Shown here: positions 47,081 to 56,784 of the stretch, one piece after another
How the letters are laid out: each line of letters begins with the position of its first letter
Numbering within the stretch: the first letter of the stretch is position 1
Assembly: GCA_035328345.1 (NCBI GenBank)
Contig: DAOLIV010000004.1
Location: 5,778 to 69,777, forward strand
Length of the DNA stretch: 64,000 bases
Direction of reading: 5' to 3'
Source of the DNA: Chitinophagaceae bacterium
GTDB lineage: Bacteria; Bacteroidota; Bacteroidia; Chitinophagales; Chitinophagaceae
Made by a program: the position numbers and the translations under genes
Notes under the pieces: model-generated
What the model was told of the DNA's origin: nothing
The model's input: only the letters and a program-made list of their open reading frames with translations
Database searches by the model: none

Positions 47081-48361
47081 CTAAACAAACTCATAGCCTA
47101 TATCCCTACGATATTCCATACCGGTAAATGAGATTTTTTCCAATTCTTCTTTACTGATCTCCACAGCATCAAAAACGGATCTTCCAAAAGATGTCAGGCA
47201 AAACACCCTGCCTCCATTGGTTACAACTTTGCCATCTTTTATAGCAGTTCCCATATGAAACAGGTGACTGTCATCGGGGTTGACCTTATCAAGTCCTTTT
47301 ATTTCATATCCTTTTTTATAATCTCCGGGATAACCGCCACTAACTGCAACAACCGTACAGACAGTTCTGGGATCTGTTTCAATTTTTATTTTATCCAATT
47401 GTTGTTTTGTGACTGCATTCAGTAATTCAACAATGTCATTTTTCAAACGTGGGATTACAACTTCCGTTTCAGGGTCTCCCATCCTGCAATTATATTCTAT
47501 CATGTAAGGCTCATTCTCAACAATCATTAGCCCAAAGAAAATAAAGCCCCTGTATTCAAGTTTCTCTTCTTTTAATCCTTTTACTGTAGGTTTAATTACT
47601 TTTTCTTCGATTTTTTTCATCAACTCAGCGTTTACAAAAGGAACCGGGCTTACAGCACCCATCCCCCCGGTATTCGGTCCGGAATCATTCTCTCCGATTC
47701 TTTTGTAATCTTTTGCTTCAGGAAGCACTACGTAATGAACCCCATCAGTAAGTACAAAGACAGATATTTCAATTCCCTGTAAAAATTGTTCGACAACTAC
47801 TTTTTTACTGGCTTCTCCAAATTTTGCCCGTTGTATCATGAGGTCAAATTCTGCAATTGCCTCCAGGTGATTCTCACAAATCACAACACCCTTTCCGGCA
47901 GCGAGACCATCAGCTTTTAATACAACCGGCAACTCATGTTTATTGATGTAATCAACCCCTTCCTGAAAATTATCCAAAGTAAATTCCCTGTATGCAGCTG
48001 TAGGTATGCCATACTTCATCATGAAAGCTTTTGCAAAAGCTTTGCTGCCTTCAAGTCTTGCCCCACTTTTGGTTGGTCCGATGATGTCAAGATCTTTTAA
48101 TTCCGGAGTATCTATAAGAAAATCAGTCACTCCTTTTACCAGTGGTTCTTCGGGACCAACAATAACCAGGTCTATTTTCTCCTTAATACAGGCTTCCTTT
48201 ATATTATCGAAATTGGTAACTGGAAACTCGAGATTTGTTCCGCATAAAGAAGTCCCGGCATTTCCGGGTGCGATAAACAATTTTTCACAAAGAGGGCTTT
48301 GGGATATTTTAAAGGCAAGAGCATGTTCCCTGCCTCCAGAGCCTAATAAGAGGATACGCAT
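47081..48361 (-). CDS. purD: Phosphoribosylamine--glycine ligase
   Basis: GSGGREHA, KADGLAAGKGV, NTGGMG, EYNCRMGDPE. Confidence 0.98.
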   Translation of the reverse strand: MRILLLGSGGREHALAFKISQSPLCEKLFIAPGNAGTSLCGTNLEFPVTNFDNIKEACIKEKIDLVIVGPEEPLVKGVTDFLIDTPELKDLDIIGPTKSGARLEGSKAFAKAFMMKYGIPTAAYREFTLDNFQEGVDYINKHELPVVLKADGLAAGKGVVICENHLEAIAEFDLMIQRAKFGEASKKVVVEQFLQGIEISVFVLTDGVHYVVLPEAKDYKRIGENDSGPNTGGMGAVSPVPFVNAELMKKIEEKVIKPTVKGLKEEKLEYRGFIFFGLMIVENEPYMIEYNCRMGDPETEVVIPRLKNDIVELLNAVTKQQLDKIKIETDPRTVCTVVAVSGGYPGDYKKGYEIKGLDKVNPDDSHLFHMGTAIKDGKVVTNGGRVFCLTSFGRSVFDAVEISKEELEKISFTGMEYRRDIGYEFV

Positions 48362-48506
48362 AGTTGGTTTGATTGTTGGATCTTAATGACTTGCGAATAT
48401 CTGCTACATCCGTTAAAGATAACATGAAAAATTTTTGGGTGGGCAAATTTCTGTATTTTGTATGCTTTAAACTCACTTGACTCTGATTAATAATTAAAAC
48501 TGCTGT

Positions 48507-50288
48507 ATGAATCAACACGAAAAAGCCGGCAAACATCCAAAGGCACTTTTTGCACTTTTCTTTACAGAAATGTGGGAACGATTTGCTTACTATTTAATGG
48601 TTGGTATTCTTTTGCTCTATTTAATTGATAATAAAACCGGCGGAAAGGGGTTTGACGAAAAGATCGGCGCTGACATAGTTGGTAGTTTCATTGCATTGGT
48701 TTATCTCACTCCTTTTATCGGAGGGTTAATTGCAGACAGGTATCTTGGTTACATAAAATCAATATTTATTGGAGGGGCTTTAATGGCCGCCGGCTATATA
48801 GGTTTATCAGTACCCGGTGACACTGCTCTGTTTATCTCTTTAGGTTTAATAATAATAGGTAATGGTTTTTTCAAACCCAATATCTCCACACTATTGGGTA
48901 ATATTTACAACAGGGAAGATCTGAAGCCACTAAAAGATAATGCTTACAATATCTTTTACATGGGTATTAATATCGGTGCTTTTGTATGCAACTTCGTAGC
49001 AGCTTTCCTCCGGAATAAATATGGATGGGGTTGGGCATTTGCCGCTGCAGGAATAGGCCTGATCATAGGTTTAATAATTCTTTCTTTTTCCATAAAAGAT
49101 AAAAACATTAAAGAGGCTGATGTTAAAAAACCAATACAAGCCGAGGATATGCCTCTTTCCAAAATTTTTGCTACTGTTTTTTTGCCCGCAATCATTGCCG
49201 CTGTAATTGGCTGGATGTTACCAACAAAAATTTTTGGTTCTCCTATTATGGGAACACAGGCCAATGATGCTTTTATTTTTGCCTGTTTACCTGTTATTGC
49301 ATTTTACATATCTCTTTGGGTAAAAGCAAAAGGACAGGACAAAAAAAGTATCGGAGCGTTGCTTTTCATTTTTGCGATTGCCATTGCTTTCTGGACCATC
49401 TATAATCAAAATGCTACGGGCCTTACATTATGGGCCGAAAAACACACAGACAGGGTTGCTTCGCCGACCACAGCACAAATCACGGGAAAGATATTTCCGC
49501 TACAGCAGATAACAGACACACCTCGTTTGGTTACTAAAGTGAATGAGTATTTTGTTGATGTGAAAGACGATTCTCCCATTGAAAGATATGATACCCTTTA
49601 TGCATACAACAGGGAAGTACAGAAAAATGATACAATGGTTTTTGGGATAACAGCTCATGGCAACAGGGTGGACACAGGCAGTCATCTCGTTAAAGTGATG
49701 GGGCCTGACCCTTACTTTAATAACGTTCCAAAAGATCAATGGCCAAACGGAAAGCCTGTTAAACTTACTAACACAGAATTATTCCAGTCCATTAATCCAT
49801 TATTTATCGTTGTACTTACATTAATTTTTGTTCCTCTTTTCAGCTGGCTTCGTAAAAGAGGAAAAGAGCCTACAACAATGTCGAAATTCGGAATGGCATT
49901 ATTTATTTCAGGCTTATCTGCGCTGGTAATGGTATTTGCAATAATGTCTGTTCCTTCCATTTATACTCATAAAGCATCTCCGATATGGTTATGGCTAACT
50001 TATTTTGTATTTACAATTAGTGAAATATTCTTAAGTCCAATGGGTCTTTCATTAGTTTCGAAACTGGCACCAGCCAGGTTGACGGCACTATTAATGGGAG
50101 GATGGTTCCTTTCTACTTCTATCGGTGGAAAGGTAGCAGGGGTAATGACAAGCTTCTGGGATGATTTTACAGATAAGAAACTGTTCTTCTTAATACTTGT
50201 TGCCGCTGCTTTTGTTGGAGGCATTTTAATTTACTCGAGGATAAAATCTCTGAATCAAATTGTAAAAGACAAAACAGGCAGCGCCTAA
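48507..50288 (+). CDS. POT/PTR proton-dependent peptide transporter, copy 1 (long loop insertion)
   Basis: EMWERF, GNGFFKPNI, FYMGINIG, FQSINP. Confidence 0.95.
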   Translation: MNQHEKAGKHPKALFALFFTEMWERFAYYLMVGILLLYLIDNKTGGKGFDEKIGADIVGSFIALVYLTPFIGGLIADRYLGYIKSIFIGGALMAAGYIGLSVPGDTALFISLGLIIIGNGFFKPNISTLLGNIYNREDLKPLKDNAYNIFYMGINIGAFVCNFVAAFLRNKYGWGWAFAAAGIGLIIGLIILSFSIKDKNIKEADVKKPIQAEDMPLSKIFATVFLPAIIAAVIGWMLPTKIFGSPIMGTQANDAFIFACLPVIAFYISLWVKAKGQDKKSIGALLFIFAIAIAFWTIYNQNATGLTLWAEKHTDRVASPTTAQITGKIFPLQQITDTPRLVTKVNEYFVDVKDDSPIERYDTLYAYNREVQKNDTMVFGITAHGNRVDTGSHLVKVMGPDPYFNNVPKDQWPNGKPVKLTNTELFQSINPLFIVVLTLIFVPLFSWLRKRGKEPTTMSKFGMALFISGLSALVMVFAIMSVPSIYTHKASPIWLWLTYFVFTISEIFLSPMGLSLVSKLAPARLTALLMGGWFLSTSIGGKVAGVMTSFWDDFTDKKLFFLILVAAAFVGGILIYSRIKSLNQIVKDKTGSA

Positions 50289-50308
50289 AAGAAATTTCCA
50301 ATCATACT

Positions 50309-50334
50309 AAAGTGGCCTGTAAAGCCACTTTTTT
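50309..50334 (+). terminator. Intrinsic terminator after POT copy 1
   Basis: AAAGTGGC/GCCACTTT stem plus U tract. Confidence 0.75.
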
Positions 50335-50366
50335 GTTTATTTTCATTCATCATCAAACCAGCAATA

Positions 50367-51953
50367 ATGGAAAACAACCGTTCAGTGTCTCATCCTCGTG
50401 GTCTTTATGTTTTATTCTTTACTGAAATGTGGGAACGATTTGGCTATTACCTGATGCTTGGTATTTTTTCTCTTTACATGATTGATAGTACCCAAAACGG
50501 GGGAATGGGTTTTTCTGCAACACAAAAATCTGATATATATGGCACCTATCTGGGTTTAGTTTACCTAACTCCATTTATCGGCGGCTTGCTGGCCGACAGA
50601 CTTTTGGGGTACCGAAGAAGCATTATTATCGGCGCCATATTAATGGCAGCAGGTTACCTGGGTATGGCCCTGCCAGGCGAAACTGTATTTTATATTTCAC
50701 TGCTCCTGATCATTGTTGGAAATGGCTTCTTTAAACCTAATATTTCAACACTTGTAGGCAATCTTTATAACAAACCTGAATACAAAGACAAAAAAGATGC
50801 GGGCTATAACATCTTTTACATGGGTATCAACATTGGAGCATTCGTTTGCAATTTTGTTGCTGCTTATATGCGCAACAATTATGGCTGGGGTTATGCTTTC
50901 GCTGCTGCCGGTGTTGGCATGATCATAGGTTTGTTATGGTTCCTCAAGGGAATGAAGCATGTAAAAGAGGTAGACATTCTGAAGCCAGTTCAGAAAGAAG
51001 ATCTGCCATTGAAAAAGATATTCGGGTTGGTATTGCTTCCTGTTTTCGGATTTGCAATTTTAGGCTGGTTTATCCCGGGAAATATATTCGGCAGTGATGG
51101 AACCGATGCATTTCTGATCGGTAGTATCCCTGTTGTTGTCTTTTATGCATCATTATGGTTTAGGGCCAGCGCAGAAGATAAAAGACCGGTCGGTGCATTG
51201 CTGGCCGTATTTGCAGCTGTTGTGGTATTCTGGGCCATTTTTCATCAGAACGGTGATGCACTTACAATCTGGGCCAAAGATTATACTGACAGGAACATTG
51301 ACAGCAAGCTGATGGAAAAGACTTTTGATGCAGTCAATCTTACTCAGAATCTTGCCTATGATTCTGCATCACCTAATAGTTATTTCTCAAATCTTCCGGC
51401 TGATAAAGTCCCTGCACAGGGTTCAAATCTCAAACTATATTCAACGGAACTCTATCAATCCATTAATCCATTTTGGGTAATTGTACTTACACCAATACTT
51501 GTTGGGTTCTGGGGATTTTTAAGACGACGGGGAAAAGAACCAAGTACCCCGGCCAAAATTGTTCTTGGTTTATTGATTACAGGCTTGTCTGCATTGGTAA
51601 TGGTAGCAGCCGTTAAATCAGTAAATGTTGATTCTGAAAAAGCGTCAAACTGGTGGCTGTTCGGCACCTATGGAGTGATCACCATTGGTGAATTATGTCT
51701 CTCTCCAATGGGATTATCATTAGTATCTAAACTTAGTCCGCCACGATTAACATCATTGTTGATGGGCGGATGGTTTCTCTCTACTTCTATCGGCAATAAG
51801 TTATCAGGAATACTTTCAGGAATGTGGGAAGGCTATGAAGATAAATCCAAATTCTTCCTTGTTAACTTTGTATTGGCCTTTGCAGCATTCTTACTGCTCT
51901 TTGCTATGCTTCGCTGGTTAAATAAAGTAATGAAAGAAAAAGGAGTTAAATAG
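50367..51953 (+). CDS. POT/PTR peptide transporter, copy 2
   Basis: EMWERF, GNGFFKPNI, YQSINP. Confidence 0.95.
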   Translation: MENNRSVSHPRGLYVLFFTEMWERFGYYLMLGIFSLYMIDSTQNGGMGFSATQKSDIYGTYLGLVYLTPFIGGLLADRLLGYRRSIIIGAILMAAGYLGMALPGETVFYISLLLIIVGNGFFKPNISTLVGNLYNKPEYKDKKDAGYNIFYMGINIGAFVCNFVAAYMRNNYGWGYAFAAAGVGMIIGLLWFLKGMKHVKEVDILKPVQKEDLPLKKIFGLVLLPVFGFAILGWFIPGNIFGSDGTDAFLIGSIPVVVFYASLWFRASAEDKRPVGALLAVFAAVVVFWAIFHQNGDALTIWAKDYTDRNIDSKLMEKTFDAVNLTQNLAYDSASPNSYFSNLPADKVPAQGSNLKLYSTELYQSINPFWVIVLTPILVGFWGFLRRRGKEPSTPAKIVLGLLITGLSALVMVAAVKSVNVDSEKASNWWLFGTYGVITIGELCLSPMGLSLVSKLSPPRLTSLLMGGWFLSTSIGNKLSGILSGMWEGYEDKSKFFLVNFVLAFAAFLLLFAMLRWLNKVMKEKGVK

Positions 51954-51972
51954 CTCAACTATCACATAAATG

Positions 51973-52005
51973 AAAAGGTGATGAATCAGATTCATCACCT
52001 TTTTT
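51973..52005 (+). terminator. Strong intrinsic terminator after POT copy 2
   Basis: 14-bp stem AAAAGGTGATGAAT/ATTCATCACCTTTT with a 3-nt loop. Confidence 0.85.
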
Positions 52006-52032
52006 ATTTATTTTCATAAGAAATTAAATCGT

Positions 52033-53556
52033 ATGCCCGACAAAGAACTCTCATTAGAAGAGATACAATCATTTAAAGGAAAATATCCGAAACAGATATG
52101 GCCCCTGTTCTTTTCCGAAATGTGGGAACGTTTTTGTTTTTATGGGATGAGAGGGATGCTGACATTTTTCATGATCAATGAATTATTTTTTGATGCCACA
52201 AAAGCAAACCTGCAGTACGGAGCTACTCAGGCATGGGTCTATGCATTTACTTTCATAGGAGGAATGTTTGCAGATAAGATACTTGGCTTCCGCCGTTCTC
52301 TGTTCTGGGGAGGGTTATTAATGATCACAGGAAGTATTTTGTTAGCTATTGACCCACACCAGTTTTTCTTTCTGGGCATATCCTTCAATATTATCGGTAC
52401 TGGTTTTTTTAAGCCCAATATATCTACAATGGTTGGCATGTTATATAAGGACGGCGACTACAGAAGAGATGCCGGTTTTTCACTTTTTTATTCCGGGATC
52501 AACATTGGCGCATTACTGGGCGGATACATTTGCATCGCAATAGGTAAAGGAACATTAGCTGCAAATATTGTTCCGTCACACCTACGTTGGAATTTTGCAT
52601 TCGGGTTTGCAGCAGTTGTTATGACGATCAGTCTATTGACTTTTTTAAAGACCCGGAAATCATTAGGCCCGATAGGTTTATCACCTTTCACTGAAACTGA
52701 AGAAAAAACAGGCATTAAAAAATGGTATAAAGTTTTTGTATTTATTGGCTCCTTAGCTGTTATTCCTGTTATCATGAAAATGGTAGCCAATACAGAATAT
52801 ACAGATTGGTTTATGTACTGTATAGGGCCATTCAGCCTGATCTTTTTATTTTATGAAATGACAAGGTTAAAAAGAGAGCAGGTGCACAAACTTTTTGCAG
52901 CCTTACTGTTTATTATATTTTCCGTGTTATTCTGGGCAATTTTTGAACAAGCTGGCGGGTCTTTAAACATTTTTGCGGCAAACAATGTCAGCAGCAAATT
53001 ACTGGGAGTGATAACCCTCGATCCCAATGGAGTTAATAATTCTGCCAATTCACTTTTCGTAATAATTTTTGCACCGATTTTAGGCATCATTTGGATAGCA
53101 ATGGCAAAAAAGAAAATTGAGCCAAACACCATTATAAAATTTGGCATTGCCTTTATATTTCTTGGATTAGCATTTTATGTTTTGTTTTCCATGAGATTTT
53201 TCTCTAATGCACAAGGTGTTTCCTCCCTTGACATTTTTACATTGTCCTATTTTGTAGTTACGCTGGGAGAATTATGCCTGTCTCCAATAGGCCTGTCAAT
53301 AATGACCAAGCTTTCGCCTGCAAAATTGCAGGGCTTTATGATGGGCATGTGGTTTTTAGCAAGTGCATACGGACAATATGTAGCGGGTATATTCGGCGCA
53401 GGGATTGCGGCTGACCTGGAGCATGCAAATAACTACGAAAAATTATTGGGTTATACCAGTGGCTATAAACAATTTGGCCTTTATGCAATCATTGCAGGAG
53501 TAATTATTCTTGCAATATCACCGCTGATGAAGAAGTTAATGCACGGGGTGAAATAG
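52033..53556 (+). CDS. POT/PTR peptide transporter, copy 3
   Basis: EMWERF, GTGFFKPNI, FYSGINIG. Confidence 0.95.
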   Translation: MPDKELSLEEIQSFKGKYPKQIWPLFFSEMWERFCFYGMRGMLTFFMINELFFDATKANLQYGATQAWVYAFTFIGGMFADKILGFRRSLFWGGLLMITGSILLAIDPHQFFFLGISFNIIGTGFFKPNISTMVGMLYKDGDYRRDAGFSLFYSGINIGALLGGYICIAIGKGTLAANIVPSHLRWNFAFGFAAVVMTISLLTFLKTRKSLGPIGLSPFTETEEKTGIKKWYKVFVFIGSLAVIPVIMKMVANTEYTDWFMYCIGPFSLIFLFYEMTRLKREQVHKLFAALLFIIFSVLFWAIFEQAGGSLNIFAANNVSSKLLGVITLDPNGVNNSANSLFVIIFAPILGIIWIAMAKKKIEPNTIIKFGIAFIFLGLAFYVLFSMRFFSNAQGVSSLDIFTLSYFVVTLGELCLSPIGLSIMTKLSPAKLQGFMMGMWFLASAYGQYVAGIFGAGIAADLEHANNYEKLLGYTSGYKQFGLYAIIAGVIILAISPLMKKLMHGVK

Positions 53557-53559
53557 AGG

Positions 53560-54759
53560 TCAAATAAAATTCAGGTAATCATATTGCTTTGTCAATATAG
53601 ATTTATCATCAGCTTTCAACCACTTATTCAGAACAGTGGCATAAACATTTTTGAAATCAACTTTATATTTAAGATCACCTTCGTTTAGATCTGCCAGGTC
53701 CGGCATAGCATTCAATACACCTTTTTGTTTCAACCCGCCACTGATGAAAAACATATTATTGGCTGTACCATGGTCAGTTCCAATGCTGGCATTTTGCTGA
53801 ACCCGTCTTCCGAATTCAGAGAATGTAAACAACAACACATCTTCAAAACGGTTTTGCTGCTTCAGGTCTTTTACAAAAGCCTTTACCGCATCATTCATTT
53901 CGGTAAACAACCGTTGTTGCTGAGGCTGCTGGTTAATATGTGTATCAAAGCTTCCCAATGAAACATAATAAACTTTAGTGTTAATATCTGAAAAGATCAG
54001 GGAGGCAATTGTTTTCAGGCTATTTCCAAGATCTGTTTTAGGATATTCAGCATTGGTAGGATGCATCCTGCTTTTCTGAAAAATATAGTCTGCAGAAGAT
54101 AATGTTTCTGCCATTGTTTTGTAGAGATAGTCAACCGGCTGTTCGCCTGCCTCATCTTTATGGTTCTTTAAAACATCACGGAAAAATTTTTCATTGGCAG
54201 TTCCAAATAAACGCTTCGGATCCTTCATGGCAATACCCTTGATATGCTCACCTTTTAAAGCAAGGCTTAGCACATCATCAATCTCAAGTGCCTGGGTTGG
54301 CTTATCACAACCACTGCACTGGGCATCAAGATATCTGCCTACCCAGCCTGTTGTCCAATAGTCGGAACTCTGGCTTGCCGAGTGCCAGATATCCATACTT
54401 CTGAAGTGTGAACGATCGGGATTTGGATAACCAACACTATTTAAAATTCCGAGACTGCCGTCATCATAAAGATCCTTCAAACCAGTCAGTGCTGGGTTAA
54501 GGCCAACTTCATCTGTTAAGGAAAGCACTTTCCCTTTTTCTATTCCAAGTTTAGGTCTTGCCTTATAGTAAAGATCATTCCTGTAAGGTATCACAGTATT
54601 CAAACCATCGTTTCCACCACTCAATTGTAATACAACCACAACCTTGTTACCGGGTGGCACCATATTCTTTGCCTCAAATGCTTTTAAGAATTTGGGAACA
54701 AGTACTGACGCAGTTGCCAGCGAACCAACCTGTATAAATTCTTTACGTTTTATCAGCAT
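53560..54759 (-). CDS. DUF1501 domain protein with Tat-like leader
   Basis: KRKEFI leader, LSGGNDGLNT, RSHFRS, FDTH, SEFGRR, GTDHG. Confidence 0.93.
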   Translation of the reverse strand: MLIKRKEFIQVGSLATASVLVPKFLKAFEAKNMVPPGNKVVVVLQLSGGNDGLNTVIPYRNDLYYKARPKLGIEKGKVLSLTDEVGLNPALTGLKDLYDDGSLGILNSVGYPNPDRSHFRSMDIWHSASQSSDYWTTGWVGRYLDAQCSGCDKPTQALEIDDVLSLALKGEHIKGIAMKDPKRLFGTANEKFFRDVLKNHKDEAGEQPVDYLYKTMAETLSSADYIFQKSRMHPTNAEYPKTDLGNSLKTIASLIFSDINTKVYYVSLGSFDTHINQQPQQQRLFTEMNDAVKAFVKDLKQQNRFEDVLLFTFSEFGRRVQQNASIGTDHGTANNMFFISGGLKQKGVLNAMPDLADLNEGDLKYKVDFKNVYATVLNKWLKADDKSILTKQYDYLNFI

Positions 54760-54784
54760 AAAAACTTTCTTTAAAAATTAATTT

Positions 54785-56278
54785 TTAGCACAACTGGTAT
54801 TCAGGTGTACTCATTAACTGCAATGTTGCTGTTTTAATGAAGCTCTCTCTTCCTGTTTCATCGGCATATTGCTTAATAAGATCATTATTGATAACATTTC
54901 TGCTTTGTAGCAGGATCTCAGCAATTGTATTTACTAATTTTTCCCTGGGCGTACTTTCATAATATTTGACATACATGCTCCAGTCTACATTGGCATTTAT
55001 TACCTGGCGACGCATACCTGCATATGCACCTCCAACTCCCTGCCCAGTTCGCTTATTGTTTCCTTTTTGTTGCGTATTCCCATCCTTCATACCCATCATA
55101 GTATCGTCATCATCTTTAGGTTTCATATTCATCTCGTCAGCATCGTTGATCAGTTTTGGTATCCTCATCCGCATCATCAGGGAAGAGCTGTCAATCCATG
55201 CTTTACCTCCGGGCCAGCCGGCAACATTTGGCGGATAGAATAATAACTGGCCAAGTACTCGTTGTAACAGCATCAGCGCCTCTTCATTTTCAAGCTTCAT
55301 AGGAAGCATTCGTTGTATTCCCACCAGCAACTCTACCGGAGATTTTATTTTAGTACCAATATTTTTTTCATCATAAAACCATTCGCTGGTAAAAATATCT
55401 TCAAGCAATTTTGAGATATCATAATTGTTCTGATAAAACCGGTCGGATAACCAGTTTACTTTTTCCTCATCTGTATCTTCATTTACCAGAAATTTGTATA
55501 GCTTACCAGTAATATGTTTTGCAGTTTGTTTTTCTTCGAGTAAAATATTCAGCACATCCTCCCCGTCAAAATTTCCTGACCGGCCTAATACCGTTTTACC
55601 TCCAAAGTCATGCTGAAACCGGCGAAATACAAACTCTCCTTTTACATTGGCGCCCCAGCCGGTAAATGCCCTTGCAGCCTCCTTAATATCTTTCTCCGTA
55701 TAATTTCCCCTGCCCATTGTAAAAAGCTCCATCACTTCCCGGGCAAAATTTTCATTGGGCTGACCTTTGCGGTTCTGCTGGTTATTCAGGAAAAATAACA
55801 TGGCAGCCGACTTAGAAACTTCTTTCAGCAGATCACCAAAATTTCCTAAAGCATTCCGGCGTATTACATCAAGCAGGCCTTGCTGGTAAAAAACATTCAG
55901 GTTGCGGCATGCAAAATGACCATGCCAGAAAAAAGCCATTTTCTCACGAAGCTGGGAAGCTGTATTCACCATTTCATGCATCCAGTACATGTTCAGATTG
56001 CGTACCCCTTCCCTGCTTTTTTGCTGCACCATTTTACGTTGCTCCTGGTCCATTTCTTTCTTTTGCTGGCGACCCACCTCCTCTATGCCCATCATAAGAC
56101 CTTTCAGATAATCATCCGCCACATCAATAAAAGATGGTTTTTTGTCGGAAGCTTTTACAAGTGCCTTATAAAATTGCCTGGGGGTATATTTAGAGAGATC
56201 TCCCAGCTGCTCAACAGCGGGACCAAAACCTGCACGCCACATGAGGTGCTGGTTTTTCAACTGATTAGTCAATGACAT
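54785..56278 (-). CDS. DUF1800 domain protein
   Basis: HLMWRAGFG, FFWHGHFA, PNENFAREVMELFTMG, PPNVAGW. Confidence 0.93.
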   Translation of the reverse strand: MSLTNQLKNQHLMWRAGFGPAVEQLGDLSKYTPRQFYKALVKASDKKPSFIDVADDYLKGLMMGIEEVGRQQKKEMDQEQRKMVQQKSREGVRNLNMYWMHEMVNTASQLREKMAFFWHGHFACRNLNVFYQQGLLDVIRRNALGNFGDLLKEVSKSAAMLFFLNNQQNRKGQPNENFAREVMELFTMGRGNYTEKDIKEAARAFTGWGANVKGEFVFRRFQHDFGGKTVLGRSGNFDGEDVLNILLEEKQTAKHITGKLYKFLVNEDTDEEKVNWLSDRFYQNNYDISKLLEDIFTSEWFYDEKNIGTKIKSPVELLVGIQRMLPMKLENEEALMLLQRVLGQLLFYPPNVAGWPGGKAWIDSSSLMMRMRIPKLINDADEMNMKPKDDDDTMMGMKDGNTQQKGNNKRTGQGVGGAYAGMRRQVINANVDWSMYVKYYESTPREKLVNTIAEILLQSRNVINNDLIKQYADETGRESFIKTATLQLMSTPEYQLC

Positions 56279-56298
56279 GTCGCTGGAATTTTGTTTTC

Positions 56299-56324
56299 AG
56301 ACTTATAGGAAGATTTTAAGTTTA
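56299..56324 (-). promoter_or_regulatory. ECF-type promoter TAAACTT-N14-AGTCT upstream of DUF1800
   Basis: Same -35 heptamer and spacing as 35878-35903; lies 20 nt from the start codon. Confidence 0.55.
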
Positions 56325-56451
56325 AAAAGGATGCCGCCTTTCCCCAAAGAAACGTCAAAAGAAGGCTGGATATTTTCGAACCTCCTCCCATATTCAAAAA
56401 TATCGCCATGTAAGTATCTTGATTAATTGTTAGGACGTACAAACTTCATAA

Positions 56452-56772
56452 TTACTTGCTGGCATTTTTCAGAACATATTCTCTCACATGTATTTCCTGC
56501 TCTTTAGTCAACCTGGCCCTTGGCACCATTACCGAAAGAATCGTTTCCCATCTTTTTTCAGAGTATTGCGAAGGTTCAGGCAAACCATGACACCTGCTGC
56601 ATCTGTTTGAGAAAATGATTTTACCTGTTTCAATATTAGGAACAACATCAACTTTTGCAGACACTGGTTGCTGTGGTTCCAAAGTTCGGGCTGTAATTTC
56701 AGGTAAAGATTTTTTAGAACATGCTATTGATACAATCATCAACAAAATGCATCCGGTTACAGCTTTCTTCAT
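56452..56772 (-). CDS. Small c-type cytochrome lipoprotein
   Basis: Lipobox SIAC; single CSRCH heme motif; a downstream Met (SVMVP) could be the axial ligand. Confidence 0.85.
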   Translation of the reverse strand: MKKAVTGCILLMIVSIACSKKSLPEITARTLEPQQPVSAKVDVVPNIETGKIIFSNRCSRCHGLPEPSQYSEKRWETILSVMVPRARLTKEQEIHVREYVLKNASK

Positions 56773-56784
56773 TTTAAATCCAGA

